Assembly: GCA_044355075.1 (NCBI GenBank) | Contig: JBIKYV010000003.1 | Span: 7,324-71,323 of the forward strand | Direction: 5' to 3' | Source: Prosthecobacter sp. | GTDB lineage: Bacteria; Verrucomicrobiota; Verrucomicrobiia; Verrucomicrobiales; Verrucomicrobiaceae | DNA: 64,000 nt | In this document: positions 56,315 through 64,000 of the stretch, piece by piece | Numbering within the stretch: the first letter of the stretch is position 1 | How the letters are laid out: every line of letters starts with the position of its first letter | Program-made: the position numbers and the translations under genes | Notes under the pieces: generated by a model | The model's database searches: none | What the model was told of the DNA's origin: nothing | What the model saw: the letters and a program-made list of their open reading frames with translations, nothing else

Positions 56315-57913
56315 ATGGGCTGTTCTCTTCCACTTTTGGTTCTCCAGGTTGGGTTGTGCCTATGTACGTTACTGGGCTTGGTCTCGTGCGAGCCGGAGCG
56401 ACACCGAGCAGACTTGGTGTTTTTGCAAAGTGCGGAGCCTGAAACGATCGACCCAGCATTGGCCTCCGATCAGGTTTCGATGCGCATAGCGACGTCTCTT
56501 TTCGAAGGCCTGTGTCGTGTCACGGAGGATGGTCGCCCTGAACCAGGAATGGCAGAACGTTGGGATATTTCCGAGGATCAGCGCACTTATATCTTTCACC
56601 TGCGCCAAGGGGTGAAGTGGTCCGATGGAGAGCCTGTGACGGCAAATGACTTTGTGCAGTCCTGGCGGCGTGCTCTTCTCCCAGAAACGGGATCAGACTA
56701 CGCCACGCTGATGCATGTGATCCAAGGAGCGCGCGCGTTTTCGGAAGCGCCGAGCAAGGATTTTACAACCGTCGGTGTTCGTGCTCTCGATTCGCGCACG
56801 CTACGAGTGGAGTTGGAAAATCCCACCCCTTACTTCATCGACCTGTGTGCGTTTGTGACCTTTTCTCCAGTGCCAAACCGCTGTCTGGAGCGATACGGCA
56901 GCGCCTGGATGAAGCCTGCCAACATCGTGACCAATGGTTCTTACCGACTTGAGGATTGGCGACTGGATGATCGCATTTTGCTGCATAAAAACGCTGACTA
57001 CTGGGATGCGTCCAATGTGCGCATGAGGACGGTCGAAGTGCGCCCTGTACAAGACGCAAATACCGCGCTGAGCTACTTTTACACCGGGCAGTGTGATCTG
57101 ATGATGGACAAGGGCATGGTTTCGCCTTCACTCACACAGCGATTGAAAAAGGAGCCCTGGTTTCACACAGGTCCGTTTCTGGGGAGTTGGTTTATCCGGG
57201 TGAATGTGACGCAGGCTCCGTTTGATGACGCACGGGTGAGACAAGCGTTTGCCTATGCGGTCGATCGTCGCAGAATCGTCGAAAAGATCACACAGCTCGG
57301 TGAGCCCGTGGCCACTAGCATGACTCCGCCAGGAACGGGCCGAGGCTTTCAGCCGCCGTCCGGGTTGCCAGATTACCAACCTGAGAAAGCTCGCCAACTC
57401 ATGGCCGATGCTGGATACCCAAGTGGTAGGGGCTTCCCACGAGTCGAATATCTCTACATCCCACTGCCTATCGAGCGTAGCATTGCCATCGAGCTTCAGA
57501 GCATGTGGCAAGAGGCATTGGGCGTCACCGTCAGCCTTGTGAAGCAAGAGCAAAAAGTCTGGCTGAAGTCGATGCGTGAACTCAGCTACCAGCTGTGCCG
57601 CTCGAGTTGGGTGGGCGACTACAATGACCCGAGTACCTTTCTTGATTTATTCACCAGTGCGAATGGCCAAAACCGAACTGGTTTCAAAAACAACGATTAT
57701 GATGCGCTGATGACCAGCGCGGCAGCGGAACGTGAGACACAGTCGCGCTTGCGCTTTTTCCAACAAGCCGAGTCCTTACTTGTGGGGGCGCAGGCGGCTG
57801 TGATTCCTGTCTATCATTACGTCGGGGTTCAGTTTTATCACCACGACCGCCTGGCAGGTCTTCGCCCTAATCTGATTGATGACCATCCCTTTCGCTGCAT
57901 GAGGTGGCGTTGA
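56315..57913 (+). CDS. Oligopeptide ABC transporter substrate-binding lipoprotein (OppA family)
   Basis: EPETIDPA, LFEGL, YIFHLR...KWSDG, NGSYRL, DARVRQA, SSWVGDYNDPSTFL and AVIPVYHY. Confidence 0.9.
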   Translation: MGCSLPLLVLQVGLCLCTLLGLVSCEPERHRADLVFLQSAEPETIDPALASDQVSMRIATSLFEGLCRVTEDGRPEPGMAERWDISEDQRTYIFHLRQGVKWSDGEPVTANDFVQSWRRALLPETGSDYATLMHVIQGARAFSEAPSKDFTTVGVRALDSRTLRVELENPTPYFIDLCAFVTFSPVPNRCLERYGSAWMKPANIVTNGSYRLEDWRLDDRILLHKNADYWDASNVRMRTVEVRPVQDANTALSYFYTGQCDLMMDKGMVSPSLTQRLKKEPWFHTGPFLGSWFIRVNVTQAPFDDARVRQAFAYAVDRRRIVEKITQLGEPVATSMTPPGTGRGFQPPSGLPDYQPEKARQLMADAGYPSGRGFPRVEYLYIPLPIERSIAIELQSMWQEALGVTVSLVKQEQKVWLKSMRELSYQLCRSSWVGDYNDPSTFLDLFTSANGQNRTGFKNNDYDALMTSAAAERETQSRLRFFQQAESLLVGAQAAVIPVYHYVGVQFYHHDRLAGLRPNLIDDHPFRCMRWR

Positions 57914-57922
57914 GTGTATCTC

Positions 57923-57960
57923 AAAAAACAAAACACCTCCGCGTGATCAGCGCGGAGGTG
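57923..57960 (-). terminator. Intrinsic terminator downstream of rplS
   Basis: CACCTCCGCG-tgatcag-CGCGGAGGTG 10 bp stem with an A-rich run on its left (U tract on minus). Confidence 0.8.
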
Positions 57961-58024
57961 CCTCGAACGTCAACAAACCAACCACAGCCAGCCCATCGGG
58001 CTCTGCCGCCGTCGGAAATCTGGA

Positions 58025-58384
58025 TCAAGCGTCGCTCTGGACGACGTCCTTGACCGACATAGCTTCCTTGCCCTGGCGTCCGCGAAGATAATGCAGACGT
58101 GCGCGACGAACGCGGCCAGGCTTGGTCACTTCAATCTTGGCAACTTTGGGGCTATGAAGAGGGAAGACGCGTTCTACGCCTTCACCATAGGAAATTTTAC
58201 GCACCGTGAAGGCTTCATTCAGGCTTGAGCCTTTGCGGGCGATCACAATGCCTGCGAAGATCTGAATACGCTCTTTGTCACCTTCAATGACTCGGGTATG
58301 CACTTTGACGGTATCGCCGACGTTGAAGGAAGCCACTTCCTTCTTGGTCTGCTCGGCTTCGATTTTGGAGATGATGTTGCTCAT
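58025..58384 (-). CDS. rplS: 50S ribosomal protein L19
   Basis: [10 protein letters not shown]...[29 protein letters not shown] and [10 protein letters not shown]. Confidence 0.97.
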   Translation of the reverse strand: MSNIISKIEAEQTKKEVASFNVGDTVKVHTRVIEGDKERIQIFAGIVIARKGSSLNEAFTVRKISYGEGVERVFPLHSPKVAKIEVTKPGRVRRARLHYLRGRQGKEAMSVKDVVQSDA

Positions 58385-58585
58385 GGTGACAGTCTGGTTT
58401 CCCATTCGCCACGCAGTTCCCTGGAGGGGCCGAACCGGGCGGAGGGGCGCGCATAGTGCAGGTATTGCTAGGTTTCGCAACCAGTTTTTCCATACTCATC
58501 CCGGCATCTTCAGGAAGCTGTCTTGACTCACCTCATAGCCTTGCTTTGGATGACGAGCCTTTTTTGATCTTTGATTCTACGCTCC

Positions 58586-59266
58586 ATGGAACTTTCCGCC
58601 ATCGTTGAAGCTCTCCTCTTTGCCACGCAGGAGCCCCTGCCACTGTCGCAAATGGCCGCTGCAGTTAAGGAAACTGCCAAAGACATTCAGGAAGCAGCCA
58701 ATGACCCTTCCGAAGTGCCTGCCTACATTGAGCCACTGCTCGCCGTGGATGAGCTTTCTATCCGCGAAGCCATTGATGCATTGATTGCTCATTATGAAAG
58801 AGATGGGCGTTCTTTTACTCTTGCTGAAAGGCCGCATGGGTGGCGGCTCTGTGCCAAGTCGGATTATGCCGAGTGGTGCCGTTCATTATTCCCTGGCAAG
58901 AAGGTGCAACGCCTGAGCCAACCCGCGCTCGAAACACTCGCCATCATCGCGTATCGCCAACCAATCACTAAAGCTGGGATTGAAGCCGTACGCGGCGTGA
59001 GTGTCGATGCCATGGTGCAGCAGCTCGTGGATAAAGGACTCATCAAGATCGAAGGTCGTGCTGAGCTGCCTGGCAAACCACTGCTCTATGGCACGACGGA
59101 CGCCTTCTTGGACCACTTTGCTGTCAAAACCCTAGATGAGTTGCCCAACTCCCAGGAGCTTCGCCGAGTCAAATTGCCTTCAGCGCCCGAAGAACAATCG
59201 TCCGCAGTTCCCGAAGAAAAGCAGCTCTCTCTGGAACCTCAGCCTCAGTCCGGTGATTCGGACTAA
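58586..59266 (+). CDS. scpB: SMC-Scp complex subunit ScpB
   Basis: VEALLFA, LSQPALETLAIIAYRQPIT, VRGVS, GKPLLYGTT and LDELP. Confidence 0.95.
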   Translation: MELSAIVEALLFATQEPLPLSQMAAAVKETAKDIQEAANDPSEVPAYIEPLLAVDELSIREAIDALIAHYERDGRSFTLAERPHGWRLCAKSDYAEWCRSLFPGKKVQRLSQPALETLAIIAYRQPITKAGIEAVRGVSVDAMVQQLVDKGLIKIEGRAELPGKPLLYGTTDAFLDHFAVKTLDELPNSQELRRVKLPSAPEEQSSAVPEEKQLSLEPQPQSGDSD

Positions 59267-59277
59267 CGCTTTTTTCG

Positions 59278-60423
59278 ATGCCTGAGTCTTCCCCATCTCT
59301 CCATTCAGCCGATCCCATCGAGGTTACTGCAACGCTCGATTTGAAAGCCATTCGCGATCACATCGATACCATCGACGAGCAATTGATCAGGCTTTTGAAC
59401 GAACGGGCGGAACTCGTGCTGCAAGTGGCTGAAGTCAAAAAGCAAGCAGGTCTGGATATCTATGTGCCGGGACGGGAGGAGGCGCTTCTACGTAAACTGT
59501 GCCAGATCAACACGACGCAGCATGGAAAGCTGACGGAAAAAGCGATTCGCTCGATTTTTCGCGAGATCATGAGTGCTGCCCTGGCTCTAGAAGACAGCCT
59601 CAAGATCGCCTACCTCGGTCCCGTCGGCTCATGGACACACCAAGTGGCCGTCCACAAGTTTGGCAACAGTGTAGATTATCTTCCGGTCGATGCCATTCAG
59701 GGTGCCTTCGAGGGTGTCGCCACACGGCGGGTAGATTATGCCGTTTTGCCCATCGAACACAGCACCGAAGGTGCTGTGCATCACACGCTGGATCATTTGG
59801 TCGATTCAGAATTGCAAATTTATGCCGAGATTCTTTGGAAGCTGGAGACGGTAGTGATGGCGCAAAGTGCAGAAAACTCGCTCCATGAAATCTACGGACA
59901 TCCTCAGATGTTGGCCATCTGTCGTACATGGCTCGCCCACACGTTTCCGGGAGTTCGTCTTCATGAGACAGAATCATCCAGTCTCGCGGCTACCTATGCG
60001 GAAAATCGTAGCGATTGTGCAGCGCTAGGCACTCCTCTGGGTGCAGAGCTTCATGAACTCAAGGTCATTGCCGCAAGTCCGCGTGAACTGTCCTGCCGTG
60101 CGCGCTTTATCATCCTGGGTCGTCGCAGCGGCGACCCCAGTGGGAATGACAACACCATGCTCATGGTCCATGCGCCTGACCGCGTTGGAGCCTTGCTGGA
60201 AATCCTACAGGTTTTTGCTCAGCGAAATATTAATGTGCGTCAGATCGAAAATCGCCCCGTACCTTGCGATGCGGCTAGCGCGCAGGTCAGATTTTTTCTG
60301 GAAATCAGCGGTCATCACGAAGACCTCGTTTTCCAAGCAGCGATAAAGGAACTCTCCACCCAAGGGGCAACTGTCAAAATTCTTGGTAGCTACCCCGCGC
60401 CTCGCTGGGTTGAGGAGAGGTAA
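59278..60423 (+). CDS. pheA: Bifunctional chorismate mutase / prephenate dehydratase
   Basis: IRDHIDTIDEQLIRLLNER, AYLGPVGSWT, VLPIEHSTEG, RFIILG and ACT domain GALLEIL...IENRP. Confidence 0.92.
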   Translation: MPESSPSLHSADPIEVTATLDLKAIRDHIDTIDEQLIRLLNERAELVLQVAEVKKQAGLDIYVPGREEALLRKLCQINTTQHGKLTEKAIRSIFREIMSAALALEDSLKIAYLGPVGSWTHQVAVHKFGNSVDYLPVDAIQGAFEGVATRRVDYAVLPIEHSTEGAVHHTLDHLVDSELQIYAEILWKLETVVMAQSAENSLHEIYGHPQMLAICRTWLAHTFPGVRLHETESSSLAATYAENRSDCAALGTPLGAELHELKVIAASPRELSCRARFIILGRRSGDPSGNDNTMLMVHAPDRVGALLEILQVFAQRNINVRQIENRPVPCDAASAQVRFFLEISGHHEDLVFQAAIKELSTQGATVKILGSYPAPRWVEER

Positions 60424-60730
60424 ATTCTTAAGGGGTTCAATTTCAACTAGCTAGATGCCTCGATCAATGAGCTTAATCAATGCATGGCGTTCATGCTATC
60501 TTGAAAAGTAAATGTTCGTTCAAACAATCACTCATCAATGCTAATGCATAAGTCGATCGTTATCCATGATGGGAATAGCTCTCAAAGGATTGGAATGATG
60601 CGAAAATGAGAGAGCTTGATGAGCACTTTGAAAGGTCTCTATATTTGTATTGCCATAGAAGTCTCTTTCAGTCAGAATCTAAAAAAAAGCATTTACACCG
60701 CATTTACAAAACCAAAACCCACCACCCATT

Positions 60731-63700
60731 ATGAAACTCAAAAAAGACCTTTTTGTGGTCGGCCTTTCAGCTCTAGCCGCTGCTTTGTTTTTGGGTGTCT
60801 TTTTACAGACGCCGTCTCCACAGCCTGAACATAAAACAGACTCGTCTAACTCCAAGAAAGTAACCAAAGTTGATGATCTGCAGACCCCTGAACATGTTCT
60901 AAGGTCAGAAAGCAAAACACCGAAGATTGGCCCAGCGGCTAAGAATCAAGTGGCAACACATCGATTGAGTTTCAGGCTTTTTACCGCAGATGTATCGAAA
61001 AAAGAAATATCTCAAGATAAGCAAGCGTCTCACTTAAGGAAGTTAAATAAAGCTAAACCGTTGGGTCAAAGGTTTATCGATCTTTCCTCAATTCCTAATT
61101 TAAGTCAATTTCACGAGGGTATGCGGTTAGGTATACCGACCAGTGATGGGTATTCTTATAACGCGGTCGTGAATTTAGTGAAAATAGGTAAATCAGGCTC
61201 CATTCGAGTCGGGGGTAGTCTGGAAAATAGTAAAGGCGGGTTCGCTTTGTCGCAGGGGCCAGATGGATTCCGAGGAATGGTTAGAATACCCGAAAACAAT
61301 CGGACATTCATGATTGAGCCGGGTGATGGCGACAAACTAGTCATGGTCGAATACAATCTGGGCGATTGGGAATGTCTGGGAATGCCACGTTTGCAATTGA
61401 ATGCAGGAGGCGGAGCTTTCCAAAGTGCGGCTTCATTAACAGCGCCAGTCATTCCAGAGTTTGATACAAAGCCCGATGCTACATCTGTAATTTATATCGA
61501 CTTTGATGGGGAATTGGTGACGGATTCCATTTGGAACAACGGCAATGAGATTGATGCAGCTCCAGCGATTTACGCGGGCAGACCACTTACCAATGCGCAC
61601 ATCCAAAGTGTTATCGAAAGCGTGGCGCAGGACTTCGTTAACTTTAATGTTTCCATCACGACCATTGAGTCGCGTTACACTAATGCGCCAGTAGGACAAA
61701 GAACTCGCTGCATAGTGACTCCTACAGACCCAATTACGCAGGGCACAGCTGGTGGTGTAGCCTTTCTTGATAGCTGGCATCTTGCGGGTTCAACGTATGA
61801 TGATGATGTCCCATGTTGGTGCTTTGGCATGTATGAGCCTGTGAATATGGCACAGGTGATTTCCCACGAAGTGGGACATACTTTAGGGCTAAGTCATGAC
61901 GGTCGCGGTAATAATGCCTATTATGCGGGTCATGGTAATGCAGCTTCATCGTGGGCGCCAATCATGGGTGTTTCTTATGACAGAAGGCTAACCCAATGGT
62001 CTATTGGAGATTACAATGGCGCTACTAACACAGAGGACGACATAGCGATCATTGCCAGTGAGCTTAACAAAGTTGGATTTGAGTCCGACGATATCCCTGG
62101 TGGTTTCGGAAATTGGGTTTCATTAGCCTCATCTTCGGACGGTTTGAAACTAGCCGCAGTTGCGCGTGATGGCCGTATCTACCTTTCAACCAATCGGGGT
62201 GTGTCCTGGGCACCCGCTGAGAAATCTAGGAATTGGAGTTCTATCACTTGTTCATCAGATGGAACAAAGCTTTTTGCCACTGAGTTGGCAGGAAAGATCC
62301 ATATTTCTAGCGATTCCGGACTAACATGGAACGCCGTAGAGCAAATTCGGGATTGGGTAGCCATCACCAGCTCTGCTGATGGACAGAGATTGGTTGCGGC
62401 TGTGTCTGGAGGAAACCTATTTACATCCACCGACGCTGGGCTGACTTGGACGGAGAGAACTAGTGCCTCATGGCCTGTAACACTAACCGCCCGCATTTGG
62501 AGTGGATTATCTTCTTCTGCTGATGGCACTAAAATTGTGGCTACCATCGATGGCGCACGCATTTACACTTCTTCTGACTCAGGATCTACATGGACGGCCA
62601 GAGATGCGACACGTAGATGGTCATCCGTTGCATCTTCAGCAGATGGCGTGAACCTAGTGGCTACAGTGACGAATGGTGGACTAATCTATCGTTCAGCAGA
62701 TTCAGGGGCTACATGGACGGTCATAAATAACGTTGCGAGAGATTGGTGCTCTGTAGCTTGCAGTTCAGATGGGTCCATTCTTTATGCAGCGGATTTCAAT
62801 GGTTTGATCTATAAATCCATTAACGCCGGTGTTAACTGGGCCAATCAAGAAACGGCTAGACAATGGGCAGTACTTCGGAGTTCCTCAAATGGCACTAACG
62901 TGATCGCTGCGGTGAGTAACGGCATCATTGTCACGACGGGCAATGGTGGAACTTCGTGGACACCGTCTATCATGTCTGACACAACTGCTGGTGCGACAAT
63001 CAATGGAAGCTTTAATGCCACAGGTTCACTGCACAGCATCAATGATGAAGATTGGTTCCAATTTAATCACTCCATCGGCGCTTCGAATCAAAACGGCAGT
63101 TTCAATTTTAGCGTCTCACCCAATGGATCAAATTCGAATTTGGATTTAAACCTAGCTATCTACAATAGCAATGGTGTCCTTGTCGGAGGTTCTGCATTGG
63201 CTGGACTGGTTGCTAATTCATCGCCTGTCGATAGTCGTGGCGCGAGTGTTTTCGGTAATTTGCCGAGCGGTGTTTATTACCTTGTTGTTAGGGGCGGTAG
63301 TGAGCCGTTTAACGTTGCCGGCGGAAATATAACAGCTGGATTTTCCAGTTATGGAGCGCAGGGTAACTACCGAATCACAGGCTTCTTCACACCTGTGCCT
63401 GCAATTCCTCAAATTCAGGTGCAGCCACAAAGTGTTGCTGCTGTTGATGGAAGCACGATAACTTTATCTGTTACAGCCATTGGTTCCGGAGGTATAACGT
63501 ACCAGTGGCTTAAAAATGGTAATTTGATGAATGGTGAGCGCCAACGCACGCTTCGTTTGACAAATATGGGTGCTGTTGGGAATGAGAAAAATGGCACTTA
63601 CACGGTTGTCGTTGGCAATGCGACAAATCCTAGCCTTCAGGTCATCAGTGCACCTGCTTTGGTAACGGTGAATTATCGTCCAAGGATTCTCGGGATTACA

Positions 63701-64000
63701 CCTAGGGGTCCAATTAAAATTCCAGCAGGTCAACCTCAAGACTTGGTTGTGTCTCTTGCTCCAGGCGGAACTCCTCCCTTCACCTACACCTGGGAGAGGG
63801 TAAAGAGACCCGCTAACGAAGTTTTAATCACAAGGACGAAGCCAGAAGCCACAGATACGTATACAATCGCCTCTGCTAATTTCTCCAGTATTGGAACCTA
63901 TCGTGTTACTGTGACGAACAGCACAGGAGTTGTAGTCGCGAGTTCTAACGTCGTCGTGAACGTGGATGCGCCGCCTGTCATTTTAGCTAATCCGGCTAAT
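60731..64000 (+). CDS. Large secreted metzincin Zn-metalloprotease with BNR/Asp-box propeller, PPC-like and Ig-like domains (3' truncated; not in the ORF track)
   Basis: Manually translated frame from ATG 60731 has no stop to base 64000. It contains a signal/anchor, prodomain, IYIDFDG, HEVGHTLGLSH (61865-61897), Met-turn WAPIMG, seven repeats and Ig repeats (QPQSV...ITYQWLKNG). Confidence 0.92.
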   Translation, partial: MKLKKDLFVVGLSALAAALFLGVFLQTPSPQPEHKTDSSNSKKVTKVDDLQTPEHVLRSESKTPKIGPAAKNQVATHRLSFRLFTADVSKKEISQDKQASHLRKLNKAKPLGQRFIDLSSIPNLSQFHEGMRLGIPTSDGYSYNAVVNLVKIGKSGSIRVGGSLENSKGGFALSQGPDGFRGMVRIPENNRTFMIEPGDGDKLVMVEYNLGDWECLGMPRLQLNAGGGAFQSAASLTAPVIPEFDTKPDATSVIYIDFDGELVTDSIWNNGNEIDAAPAIYAGRPLTNAHIQSVIESVAQDFVNFNVSITTIESRYTNAPVGQRTRCIVTPTDPITQGTAGGVAFLDSWHLAGSTYDDDVPCWCFGMYEPVNMAQVISHEVGHTLGLSHDGRGNNAYYAGHGNAASSWAPIMGVSYDRRLTQWSIGDYNGATNTEDDIAIIASELNKVGFESDDIPGGFGNWVSLASSSDGLKLAAVARDGRIYLSTNRGVSWAPAEKSRNWSSITCSSDGTKLFATELAGKIHISSDSGLTWNAVEQIRDWVAITSSADGQRLVAAVSGGNLFTSTDAGLTWTERTSASWPVTLTARIWSGLSSSADGTKIVATIDGARIYTSSDSGSTWTARDATRRWSSVASSADGVNLVATVTNGGLIYRSADSGATWTVINNVARDWCSVACSSDGSILYAADFNGLIYKSINAGVNWANQETARQWAVLRSSSNGTNVIAAVSNGIIVTTGNGGTSWTPSIMSDTTAGATINGSFNATGSLHSINDEDWFQFNHSIGASNQNGSFNFSVSPNGSNSNLDLNLAIYNSNGVLVGGSALAGLVANSSPVDSRGASVFGNLPSGVYYLVVRGGSEPFNVAGGNITAGFSSYGAQGNYRITGFFTPVPAIPQIQVQPQSVAAVDGSTITLSVTAIGSGGITYQWLKNGNLMNGERQRTLRLTNMGAVGNEKNGTYTVVVGNATNPSLQVISAPALVTVNYRPRILGITPRGPIKIPAGQPQDLVVSLAPGGTPPFTYTWERVKRPANEVLITRTKPEATDTYTIASANFSSIGTYRVTVTNSTGVVVASSNVVVNVDAPPVILANPAN
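62114..62959 (+). repeat. Seven ~40 aa BNR/Asp-box protein repeats
   Basis: Consensus W-x-S-[IV]-A-S-S-A-D-G...IYxSxDxGxTW recurs 7 times, consistent with a 7-bladed propeller. Confidence 0.88.

Noticed and set aside
60513-60526. TGTTC-gttc-AAACA, a one-mismatch LexA-like site upstream of the protease
   Set aside because: It has a mismatch in the GAAC core, lies ~200 bp from the start in AT-rich DNA, and the gene has no DNA-repair logic.
7254-60543. Recurring ATCAATG motif in two AT-rich intergenic regions (about 7254-7375 and 60460-60545)
   Set aside because: It forms neither a full FNR (TTGAT-N4-ATCAA) nor an IHF (WATCAA-N4-TTR) site, and a short motif in AT-rich DNA is plausibly chance.
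1-64000. tRNA, rRNA, tmRNA, RNase P, SRP RNA, CRISPR arrays, IS transposases and integrases
   Set aside because: I found no diagnostic motifs (GTTCRAATC T-arm with cloverleaf, GGAAAGTCC, repeat-spacer periodicity, DDE or tyrosine recombinase signatures) when reading the intergenic regions. tRNAscan/Infernal would be decisive.

Overview
Gene-dense 64 kb chromosomal segment from a Verrucomicrobiota bacterium, probably a free-living Prosthecobacter/Verrucomicrobium-like organism. This is inferred from an Akkermansia Amuc_1098-1102-type pilus locus, DUF6797/PSCyt1-type cytochrome proteins and sulfatase/lyase content. It is mostly housekeeping and envelope genes (tsaD, coaE, rho, rnd, menB, rbsK, proA, rlmN, rplS, scpB, pheA). 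I found no tRNA, rRNA, CRISPR array or intact mobile element by eye. Highlights: (1) a complete five-gene Amuc_1102-1101-1100-1099-1098-like (pilMNOPQ-type) locus, plus a distant pilT-pilT pair that appears co-transcribed with an elaB/yqjE/yqjK-like cluster; (2) a radical SAM (TIGR03916-type) plus DUF4130 operon with a perfect GCGTTC-N4-GAACGC LexA-like box touching its start codon and no uracil-DNA glycosylase domain; (3) an orphan NtrC-like regulator whose AAA+ domain lacks GAFTGA and most catalytic residues; (4) a >1090 aa secreted metzincin protease with a 7-repeat propeller insert, missed by the ORF track because it runs off the window; (5) an amber-interrupted nucleotidyltransferase pseudogene, a ~2070 aa TPR protein and several candidate structured non-coding elements. 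All family assignments come from motif recognition, not database searches.
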